Assembly (NCBI GenBank): GCA_030167865.1
Contig: JALAGF010005825.1
Coordinates: forward strand, 51,679-71,678
Length of the DNA: 20,000 bases
Source: Craspedostauros australis
Taxonomy: Eukaryota
Direction: 5' to 3'
The number at the start of each line of letters is the position of its first letter. The stretch's first letter is position 1. The notes under the pieces were generated by a model. It was not told the DNA's origin. It made no database searches and saw only the letters and a program-made list of their open reading frames with translations. Below are positions 9,579 through 18,782 of the stretch, piece by piece. The position numbers and the translations under genes were made by a program.

Positions 9579-12262
9579 ACTCCATCAATATCCAGAACAC
9601 CTTGAACATGTCCGTTGCGGTGGACACATTCAACATCCTGTCCACCATACTTCTCTCCATCGACAGCCAGAGCCTGTTCAACTTCTACCTGCGAGACAGC
9701 GACAACGTGTTTTGCTGGCTGGCAACGTTGCCGTCCAAACAGGCATCGGCGGACAACAGCACAGGCTACGCGCTGGAGATCCTCGAGTACGCCTTGAACG
9801 TGAACGATTTGGGGATCTCCATCGAATGCACAGCCTGCACCAGCCCCACCTTCGACGATCTCCTCATGTCACTGTACGCTCCGCAGGCCGACGATGAACC
9901 AGGAGCCGTCATTCGGAACGTCGCTGGCAAGGTGGCCGGCAGCGATCTTCTGTCCGAGTTCGTGGATGCCGTCGTGAGGGATTCTGGCACAGTGTGCCCT
10001 CACAGACCAGAATACGACGAGGCCATGAACGGGGACGTCACCGTCGCCCAGTTCCTCGAAACATCGGCGACCTCCCTCGCCACAGTCCAAGAGGTGCTCG
10101 AGAGATCTCCCGATGCACGGTACTTCACGTTGGCCAATGCCGGCGTGGCCGTCGTCCTCTTCGTCATGGCGCTCGCTTTGAGATGCTGGACCGCATGGAA
10201 GGGCCGGGCTCTGGTCGATTCCTTGTCCATGCAAGAGACGGAATGGCTGAACACGCAGCAGGCCCTTGAGCAACAACGGTTCAACTACCTCGATCGCTCC
10301 TCCGCCTCGCTGGTCCGTAGCAAGCACCTTCCACGGTCTGTGCGGTACGGTGTACCGCTGTACTTGCTGCTCAACTTTGGCCTGTTCCTCGGCGGTCACT
10401 TCGGCGTCCTTTCCGTTTTGGAGTTGGACACGACTTTGGCCGGGCAGTCGGTGTACATCAAGGATTTCCTGGTGTTCACATTCATCTCCGCCACCCGACG
10501 CACGTACCAGAACGGAGGCAGCGAAATGGCGGTGCTCATGTGGGTGTTCACCGGCATCTGGCCCTACATCAAGCTCATCCTCTGCTTCGTCGCGTGGCTG
10601 CTGCCACCCAGCCGCCTTCCCGTCCAGAGACGCGAGAGGATCCTCCTTTGGATAGACTCCTTGGTCCGGCTGTCAGTCATCGACCTCTTCACGGGCCTGA
10701 TTGGAATTGCGACCATCCTCATCTACGTTGGTGGTAAGGAACGGTCGGTCTCAACTGATGAAGCAGGCGATAGACAGTACGCCATGCGCTTGGTGGTGGT
10801 CCCGCACGCCGGCGTCTACTGCTTGGTCATCGCTCAGCGAATGTCTCGCGTCAGCTCGCAGTTCTTGCTGGACTGCCATGAGCGAGTCCTGGCCATGTCT
10901 GACAAGGCATGCACCGACGTGGTGTGCACCGAGAAGGACGACGATCTTGACGCCATCATGAGTAAAGCAAACCAAGTGATCATCGTGGATGATTCGCCAT
11001 TGGCTACTTCAAGGGACAGCGGCAGCGATGGTGGAAATCACAACGAAGAACGTCGTCGCGCGCGTAAGAATAAGGGAGCAAATAGCAAGAGAAGGAGGAG
11101 AGATGATGACGACCAAGGACGAGGTAGCTTGGTGCTGTCGGGAGACCGCCGCGAGTTCCCCAGCGAGAGCACGGCGGATCGTTTCGACGATGTCGGTTCC
11201 GCAGATTCCTTCCACTCCAACAGTTCGTCGTCATCATCGTCGTCGGGCTCGACCATGTCCGACGATGATCTCCTGTCAAGCCTGTCATTGCGGAAGCGAT
11301 GGGGCATCTTGGGCATCTCATTCGGAACCATCACCGTTATCAGCATCTTCGTGATTGGCGCCGCGCTGGCCCCCAGCGTGTCAATCGACGTGTCGGATGT
11401 GTGGACCGCAACGTTGGAGTCCGGCAAGACATTCGAAGAAGTGGTCGATGAATACGGAGTGTTCTACCTCGCGAGCACGGTCCTGTTGAAGGCGCGGTTT
11501 GCAACGAATGAAACGCGTGACTACATCGGTCTGGGTCTCCTGATCGGCGTCGCGCTTCTGTCGGTCTCCATCACCTTTGCCATCAAGCTGTGGTACTTCC
11601 TCAAAGAACGACTGGGATGGGATCGTCGCGATCGTGGCTACGATTCTGACTCTGATGACAGCGACTCGACGACCAGCAGCAGCTGGAGCTACGACCGCAG
11701 CTGCCTGTCGGCGGCGAGATCCTGGTGCAGAAACGTTTGTGACTGGAGACGCCACGACGATTCCGACAGCATCGACGGCGATGGCGCACGCAGCATCGGT
11801 GACCAGACCACACCGACGTACCTGCATTTCAACAAGTACAAGCACGTCGAGGTGTTTGCGATCGCGGTGACCATCGGTGTATGGCAGCTTGGGTCCGTGT
11901 CGAGCTACGCCGTTCACACGTACTGCGTTCTGTTGGAACGATTGTACACCATCCTTTCATCGGTTGGTCTTGTGGCGGACACGTCCGCAAACTGCTTCCG
12001 AGTGCAGGCGTCGGATCCTGGATTTCTGTCCGTGATCATGGCGGCCTTCCTTGGTTTGATGGCCGCGTTTGCGTTCGGAGTGCGCGGGCAGGTGCAGAAG
12101 AACATCCACGACGCCAAGACGTCCCTGCAATCCAACTACGAGGATCCCAACAACGTCACGGCCATGTTCACGTTGGATAGCGAACGATTCAGCCGTGGGT
12201 TTGATGGCGAACAGCCGTCGTCGCCACCACGATTCGAACGCAAGCGTCGGGGAGAGTACTGA
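9579..12262 (+). CDS. Exon 2 of the ~1763 aa protein: end of the last repeat, then a multi-pass membrane region with two paraquat-inducible protein A (PqiA/LetA)-like halves separated by acidic/Ser-rich loops
   Basis: Lies within ORF 9353..12262. The segment LMWVFTGIWPYIKL...LLWIDSLVRLSVIDLF resembles the PqiA consensus (FS..P..K ... L.rWSM.DVF). A second, weaker copy ends in KYKHVEVFAIAVTIGVWQL. The coding call is strong; the family call is by motif only. Confidence 0.85.
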
Positions 12263-13734
12263 CGTGCACGAAATCCTCTGCCATGAACGCGGGTGTAGTA
12301 TGATTTCTGTAGATAGAGCAACCACAAATGGAACATCACTCCGTGACATCCAATAGATGCGTCACGTGATCTTGTAGTCGCACGTTGTGTGGGCAGTGCA
12401 GAATGGAGGGACGCTCGCCGATGATGAGTATTGTACGCGCGTGTGGCAATTATAATGGCCACGGACGCGACGAAGACATGTTGTGGTTGCTTGTTGGAAC
12501 GCCATTGTGGCAACTCCGAGCAGCTGCTTCGCAAGGAGGGCCGCCGTTGCGATCCTTGGCAGATTTATGCGTTGATTCCATCGCATTGGAAGTGTCAATG
12601 GTAGATTGTTGTGTTGGGTGACGTCCATTGGTGATGTTGTGAGGGAAGCATGGATACTTCATGGGCAGCAGATCGATGTTGCTGTTGACGGCGCGTGGAC
12701 GATCATGTGAAGGAGGATGCCGATTTGGTGCAAGTGGACGGGCGATTTTGTGATGTGCGCACAACAGCGTCAGTCACGGACACCAGCATAGTTCTTGATG
12801 ATGCGTTGGCACGACTGTCCGTTTCGTCCCTCCATCACCTTTGTGAGTTGAGTGCATAGTAGGCACTTCAGCGGATTCTACTTATCGTGTTTGACGGTAA
12901 TTCATGTCGCAGACGACTATCAGAGGTGACTCTAAAGATGTGATGGATACTGTAGCGCCTTAAGTAAGTGGGGCATAGAGCGTGACATCCAGAAGCGAAA
13001 CGCTTCCAACTTGAACTGTTGCGTTTGTGACACATTCTGTTTCGCGGTGCAGTCCTTTGTCCACTCGTGCGTTTGTGTGCCATCGTGGAAATTATGCAGA
13101 CGCGTTGTGCGAAATGAGAAGCGCTGTGTTGAAGCGCAAAGGCGAAATACGGTAACTGTCATCAAGGCCAGCGGCTACAGCAAGGACACCATCCTCGCAA
13201 GCAGAAGAGACGATCAGCACATCGACAAACGAATCAAAACACACGACAAGGACACGGACGATCGCTGTTGGTACGACCACGGTCTGCACATCGGAGAAGG
13301 AGCACAACAATTCCATTGCATCGACGACAGAGCCCGGTTATTCGTTCTCGTCCAAAGCGGTTTTGGAGACAGCCAAATCGATACGAAAAGGGCTTAGTGC
13401 AGGTCTGGTTGCGGAACATCGCTTGCATACTTGAGAGAGCAAATAAGTCCGCATTTGCGATTGATGGAAGTATCGCAACGAGAGGCTGCCATCTTCGGCT
13501 CTTTGGAAGTGAACTGTGTTTGATTGGAAGTGCACATTGCACAGCAGGAAGCGGACAGGACGGGACGGGATTACTCTTGCTCAAGCTCATGCTCATAGCT
13601 CATAGCTCGTACGACTGCTATACTCAAAGAGACAAGGATTCAAACGCCACAAATACACTCGGACGCTAGAGAGCGAGAGACTGGACCCACAATTCAAGCC
13701 AACCACCCTCATCATCCTCGCATTCCATTCTGCA

Positions 13735-13776
13735 CATCACATCAGCCATCACATCAGCCATCACATCAGCCATCAC
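13735..13776. repeat. Tandem repeat of CATCACATCAGC, 3.5 copies, in the leader of the gene at 13821
   Basis: Exact 12-bp units start at 13735, 13747 and 13759, with a partial unit at 13771. Confidence 0.95.
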
Positions 13777-13820
13777 AGCAACCAGCGAGTGTGCTAGTGA
13801 GCCATAGAAAGACAGCGACC

Positions 13821-16091
13821 ATGCAGGACCACGCAGATCATGAGATGATGCGCAGAGGACCTCAGCATGAAGATGGTGGACGCGCATATCGTTCGAATAG
13901 GTTCGACAGTGGACCGTCTCCAATGCGTCATCTGCCTCCTCTTCAGCCGTGCCATGCCTTGACAGATGATGAAATGGATGATCACGAGGATGGTATCGCC
14001 GACGGCCCTCGATCGATCCTCTCCACGAGCCATAGCAAGCGGAAACGGAAGAGGACGGTCACCGATCATCGTCGTTCCATATCGAAAGCGCAGAACATGG
14101 AGTACGACGAACTCGCTCGGCCCTTCGCAGTCTACTTCGTCAACATGATTGCGGAGGCTCTGCAGCGTGATGATCGTGTTCATGGTCGTTCTCATACCGA
14201 CGACGACGACGATGACGATGATGACGATGATGAGCAGCAACAGCAACAATCACTGGAAGATCCAACATCACAAAGGAATACCGGTTCAGTCAATGCACAC
14301 AAAGCAGTCAATCCAACTTCGAGCCGAAGCCACAGACAAAAGCAGGCTCACATTTCTCTGAACCCTGACGTGCTCGAGGACCTCGTGATCCTCGAGGACA
14401 ACGCGAAGCGGCATGTCCGCACCTGGACAAGGCCTTCGTACGTCCCGCCTGCCACGACGACCACACAATGCGTCTGCGTCAATCAGCGTGGCGAGCCCTA
14501 CCACCACAGCAACCTGCAGGATTGCTGCTGCGTCGCACGTCACGACAACGCGCGTGCGCTCGATGATCTCACGGCGCATTCGTCGGATTCGTGCATCTCC
14601 TACGCGGACGCACATCGATCTTCGGATGCGAGGTTACCGCGCGGCACGCGTCCTGCCTATCTTCCATCTCATTCATCGCCGTCGCTGCTGCAGAATACCT
14701 GGAACCCAAAGACCGATCCCGTCATTGGCTCCACGAGCAAAACCAAATGCAAATGGGCCGAGCTCACGGCCGGGGATAACCACGACAAGGTCGATCGACC
14801 GCCGGTGCGTCGTCTATCGTCTCAGATATCGTTGCTCGCTACGACGAACGACGATCACAGCACGCAGTGTGCTGCGACAAACCGTGACAGACCACGTGTC
14901 CGCCCTTCCACGATGGCACTGCGAATGCCACGACGTCGTGCCAGCGTCGAACAACCATCGATCCCCGATGCTCCCATGCGATATCCCAGACGCATGAGCA
15001 GCAGCAGCAGCGACGATGTTTCGATTGCCTCGTCGGAGGAGGAGGATGACACACGCCAACGCCCCGTCAAGATGACGCAGGCACGTCGTCTCACTTCCTT
15101 GGAACGTCGATTGCCATGCGCCACCAATTCCTTCCTGCTGGCCACCAAAAAATTCAAACGGCGCGGTGCGATCTTGCATATGACGCAGGCGCAGATCTTG
15201 GCGGTGGCCTTGCAAGCTAGCGAAGAATTGTCCGACGAGGACAGCGTCGATGATCCACGGCAGGAGAGCGAGCAAGTTGACGACGCGGCGAAGAAGGACA
15301 CCACGTTACCTGCGACGGACGCGGTGCAAACGCAAGACCACGAAACCGGTAGCTGCAGCGAGGATTCCATCGACGACGTTGTCAAGCTCTGCGAACAGAC
15401 CAGGATCTCACGACACAAGTCGATGCCGGCCAAGACGGCGTCGGCAAAGACGCAACAGCTACGTCGCAACAGCGCCTTTGCGAGTCCCATGCTCCCCGTG
15501 CGTCAGCCCTCGTTGGATTCAATGGAATTCCTCGCGGATCAGGAGCCGCCGGCAGAAAATAAGAATGATGCAACGGAGACATGGTTGCGCAAATCCACCT
15601 TGGAGCAAATGGAGACGCTGCGACAGGCATTGCGTGAACTGGATGCGTGCAAGGTATCGCGCCGTCGCGGTGCCGTGACGGCCAGCTGCAACAGCGCGGA
15701 GCTATCGTACGGCGGACACGCGCGGGAGCACGACCGCAGCAGCGACACGTACGCAACATGGGAGACCTCGGCATCGACCGTCGACTCGCATCAAGAGCAG
15801 ACCCAGGTCTTGCAGGCCTTGCACGAGATCCAGGATGAGCTCATCATCCACCGCCGCGGCGGAATGGCGATCAGCGGCTCCTCGCACGAAGATCTGCTCG
15901 GCGCGCTGAATGACGCCGCGCAACGCGACGAGTCACCAGAATCGTCGATGGAGCTCAAGGAGATCTTTCCGTCGTTGGAGAAGACATCGCGGCAGGCCAA
16001 GACGCAGCACCAACTGCAATCCTTGGCCAAGGCATTGCGACGCATTGCCTCGCGCACCGTCACGGGCAAAATCTCCGTGCATAAGGCTTAA
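13821..16091 (+). CDS. Largely disordered Ser/Arg/Asp-rich protein of unknown function, 756 aa, with many RRxS motifs and three RRG[AG]-hydrophobic motifs
   Basis: Uninterrupted ORF 13791..16091, first ATG at 13821 after a CA-rich leader. Contains a poly-D/poly-Q tract (about 14199-14250) and a basic NLS-like stretch (KRKRKR). No globular domain recognised. An in-frame intron cannot be excluded. Confidence 0.8.
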   Translation: MQDHADHEMMRRGPQHEDGGRAYRSNRFDSGPSPMRHLPPLQPCHALTDDEMDDHEDGIADGPRSILSTSHSKRKRKRTVTDHRRSISKAQNMEYDELARPFAVYFVNMIAEALQRDDRVHGRSHTDDDDDDDDDDDEQQQQQSLEDPTSQRNTGSVNAHKAVNPTSSRSHRQKQAHISLNPDVLEDLVILEDNAKRHVRTWTRPSYVPPATTTTQCVCVNQRGEPYHHSNLQDCCCVARHDNARALDDLTAHSSDSCISYADAHRSSDARLPRGTRPAYLPSHSSPSLLQNTWNPKTDPVIGSTSKTKCKWAELTAGDNHDKVDRPPVRRLSSQISLLATTNDDHSTQCAATNRDRPRVRPSTMALRMPRRRASVEQPSIPDAPMRYPRRMSSSSSDDVSIASSEEEDDTRQRPVKMTQARRLTSLERRLPCATNSFLLATKKFKRRGAILHMTQAQILAVALQASEELSDEDSVDDPRQESEQVDDAAKKDTTLPATDAVQTQDHETGSCSEDSIDDVVKLCEQTRISRHKSMPAKTASAKTQQLRRNSAFASPMLPVRQPSLDSMEFLADQEPPAENKNDATETWLRKSTLEQMETLRQALRELDACKVSRRRGAVTASCNSAELSYGGHAREHDRSSDTYATWETSASTVDSHQEQTQVLQALHEIQDELIIHRRGGMAISGSSHEDLLGALNDAAQRDESPESSMELKEIFPSLEKTSRQAKTQHQLQSLAKALRRIASRTVTGKISVHKA

Positions 16092-16284
16092 CGAATACGA
16101 TAGTATGAGAGCTACACTTGATCGTGAATCTACGTAGATTTGTACGTGACAAACAAGATCTTTTTCGTGTTGATTCTTGCGCATGATCATACAGAGCAGA
16201 GTACGACCAATTGCAGTCAAAGACATCACTATTCCTATTATACAATGCAGTGCAGTCCGATGTCGACACAATCACACTGCGAGC

Positions 16285-16330
16285 ATAACAACAATAACAA
16301 TAGCAACAGCAGCAGCAGCAGCAACAGCAG
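16285..16330 (+). repeat. (AAC/AAT/AGC)n trinucleotide tract directly upstream of the ATG at 16340
   Basis: ataacaacaataacaatagcaacagcagcagcagcagcaacagcag. Confidence 0.85.
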
Positions 16331-16339
16331 GTCTGAACG

Positions 16340-17608
16340 ATGAGGCCGCGATTATCCGCCAGCCCAGGAATCGAGGCTCGTCGACGATCGCGGAGGTGGA
16401 GACAAGCGCTGATCGTGTTGGCCTTCGCTGCCATGGTCCTCCTCCACGCTCTGTCTCATTCATCTTCGTCCAAACACCACCACAGGAACAAGAGCAAGCG
16501 GAAGAACCGCCGCCTGGTGCTGCTGGCAGGCCCCGAACACGCCGCCAGCGTCAGCGTGATGCGGTTCTTCCGCAAGTACTCCAAGAAGCGCATGATCCAC
16601 GATTGGACCTACGTCGATTGCCCACCAGATGCCTGCCCCAACTTGAACCTCGGCGACCACCGCGGCCACGAAGACCACCGCGAATGGAGCCACCTCTCGA
16701 GCTCCGATGAACAGCTCGTCGAGGAGATGCTGACGCGCATCGCCGCCGTCTGGGACGCCACCGACGATCACGTGCTGCTGGGCACGCCACAATTCTCGTT
16801 GCCCATCGTGCAGCGCATCGTGAAGCGGTTGCAAGCGCCGCGTGTCACGATCGTCTTGAATTACCGCACGCCGCGCATCGATCAATGGCGGTCCGTGTGG
16901 ACTGCCGCGTCGGCGCAGTCCTATGCCGACTTTGTTTGCAGCGCGCGTGCCGTCGCGCCATTGGATGTCAGCATGAATGTCATGGCGGTCGCGGCGCGGT
17001 ATGCCAAGCAGAAGTACGAGACGGCCGTCATGGATATGGCCAGCATCGCGGCGAGGGGATTGGATATATCCCACACGATCGGGTGCGACGTGCTCAACGT
17101 CAAATGCGACGACGGTTGGATCGGCGGATTGAAAGATGAGACCATGTGGGACAATCGGCACGAGCACCGCGAGTTCGGATTGGGCGCATCGCAATTGCGT
17201 CATATGGAACAGATCTTTTGGCAGCGCGATTGCGCCTATCGCGATGACGTCGTCACCATCGTGCCTGCTCCGAACGGCACCGACTTTTGGAGCAACTGCA
17301 CCGACAACGCCAACTTGCAAACGAGCTTGCAGGACACGCATTTGGTGCTGAATGCGCTGCGGTCGCAAGTGCATTGCGAGACGGAGGAGATTGTTGTCGA
17401 AACGATTCCTGCGCATGGATCATCGCAACATCAGCACGGGGTGTGGACGATCGTCGTGCTGGGGGCGGTGCTATTGTCCATCGTGGTGTTGGCGTGGCGG
17501 TATCAGCGGCAGACGGATACGCTGCGGCATCCGCGCAGGCATGGTTCAAACAACAATCGAGGTGTCGAAATGAAGTCCCTGGTTGTGAATGGGTTGCGGA
17601 TTGTGTAA
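16340..17608 (+). CDS. Membrane-anchored sulfotransferase-fold (P-loop-like) protein, 422 aa, with N- and C-terminal TM helices
   Basis: N-terminal anchor ALIVLAFAAMVLLHAL. RLVLLAGPEHAASVSV is at the position of the 5'-PSB loop (typically H.GP.KT[AG][ST]TS). VTIVLNYRTPRIDQWRSVW resembles the 3'-PB motif (hhhhR.P......S.[WY]). C-terminal TM is VWTIVVLGAVLLSIVVLAW. The coding call is strong; the family call is moderate. Confidence 0.8.
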   Translation: MRPRLSASPGIEARRRSRRWRQALIVLAFAAMVLLHALSHSSSSKHHHRNKSKRKNRRLVLLAGPEHAASVSVMRFFRKYSKKRMIHDWTYVDCPPDACPNLNLGDHRGHEDHREWSHLSSSDEQLVEEMLTRIAAVWDATDDHVLLGTPQFSLPIVQRIVKRLQAPRVTIVLNYRTPRIDQWRSVWTAASAQSYADFVCSARAVAPLDVSMNVMAVAARYAKQKYETAVMDMASIAARGLDISHTIGCDVLNVKCDDGWIGGLKDETMWDNRHEHREFGLGASQLRHMEQIFWQRDCAYRDDVVTIVPAPNGTDFWSNCTDNANLQTSLQDTHLVLNALRSQVHCETEEIVVETIPAHGSSQHQHGVWTIVVLGAVLLSIVVLAWRYQRQTDTLRHPRRHGSNNNRGVEMKSLVVNGLRIV

Positions 17609-17804
17609 ATTATCGCGTACAATACATCATCATGGGCTACACAAGCACAATATTGTATTCTATGAAACAAACGCGATCATGCTACGAGTCCTCGAATAGA
17701 TCGTAGTTTACGCTCGTGTTCTTAACTGTTTCCATCGTTGCACGAATACTGATTCCGTCGCATGCAAGGTGGCAGCCGACCAATGAGAGAAGTACGCGAG
17801 TTGC

Positions 17805-18608
17805 CTACAAGTCAGGAACCGCAACACTCTGCTGTTGCTGATACACCTGCATGCCACACGCGCCGACGGCCAATCCAAGCAGGAAGATCAGAAGCATCCT
17901 TGGCAGCGCGCTGTTGCCTTGCGAGTTGAAATTGTTCTGCTTCGCCAGCTGCATCGCCTGCAATTTGGCGTCGTCGCCATCCCCCTCCTTGCCAAAGATG
18001 TACCCGTCTTCGGCGTACGGCACCAGCTTCTTGTCACCATGTCGTTGATGCGAGATCGATGGCAACCCATCAATCGAAAAGGAATTCTTCTTGATGCTGT
18101 AATCCTGCACGGCCTGCGGGCTCCACTTGCCGGTCAGATCGTCCAAAGTCGTGCGGTACTTTTCGAATCCCATGATGGGCATGGAATACCCACAACTCGT
18201 CGAGATGCGGTGCACATCGATCACGAAGATGCCGCGAAAGCCCTTGTTGTTCAGCAGGACGGGCGCGAACTTGTCCAGCAGATCGGACGCGGCGCGTTCC
18301 TTGACGACCAACTTCGCCGTGCCATAGAGGCGCAGCAATTTGGGCGGGCCTTGTTCCAAATTGCAAAAGAGAAGCGTGATGCGTCCATTTTGCAGCACGT
18401 GCGCCGACGTCTCCGCACCGCTGCCCGTCAGATCGAGGTAGGCGACCTTGTGCGGACCCAGCACGACGACGGGGGCGTTGGCGGCGCCTTTGGGCGAGAC
18501 GTTGACGTGATGCTCATCGCTCGAGGGTGCGGTCGCCACGAAGAAGACCTTCTGTTTGGCGATGAACTTGGTCTCGTTCGACGTGATTTCCTGCAGCACT
18601 TTGCCCAT
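17805..18608 (-). CDS. Pyridoxamine 5'-phosphate oxidase-like FMN-binding split-barrel protein with a C-terminal TM anchor, 267 aa
   Basis: Family motifs FIAKQKVFFVATAP, HVNVSPKG, VAYLDLTGSGAETSAHV..NGRITLLFC, PKLLRLYG and TSCGYSMP. Hydrophobic tail MLLIFLLGLAVGACGMQVY. Confidence 0.93.
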   Translation of the reverse strand: MGKVLQEITSNETKFIAKQKVFFVATAPSSDEHHVNVSPKGAANAPVVVLGPHKVAYLDLTGSGAETSAHVLQNGRITLLFCNLEQGPPKLLRLYGTAKLVVKERAASDLLDKFAPVLLNNKGFRGIFVIDVHRISTSCGYSMPIMGFEKYRTTLDDLTGKWSPQAVQDYSIKKNSFSIDGLPSISHQRHGDKKLVPYAEDGYIFGKEGDGDDAKLQAMQLAKQNNFNSQGNSALPRMLLIFLLGLAVGACGMQVYQQQQSVAVPDL

Positions 18609-18782
18609 CGTTGATCGTTGTTGCGACTGTTGTTGTCGATGCTGATTGGGATGCGGCTAGGTTTGTGAGTGCCTTTGTGTGCGGCACGAGTATGCTGCCA
18701 TTTTGTGGCGACCAGGCACACCAGCAACACAGACACAGAGCAAAACGAGAAGCATGAGGTGCGATGGCTCTCTCGATCTTTG

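Noticed and set aside
13735..13776. Short direct repeats considered as a CRISPR-like or telomeric array
   Set aside because: The 12-bp units are contiguous with no spacers, there are no cas genes, the context is eukaryotic, and the unit is not a TTAGGG-type repeat.
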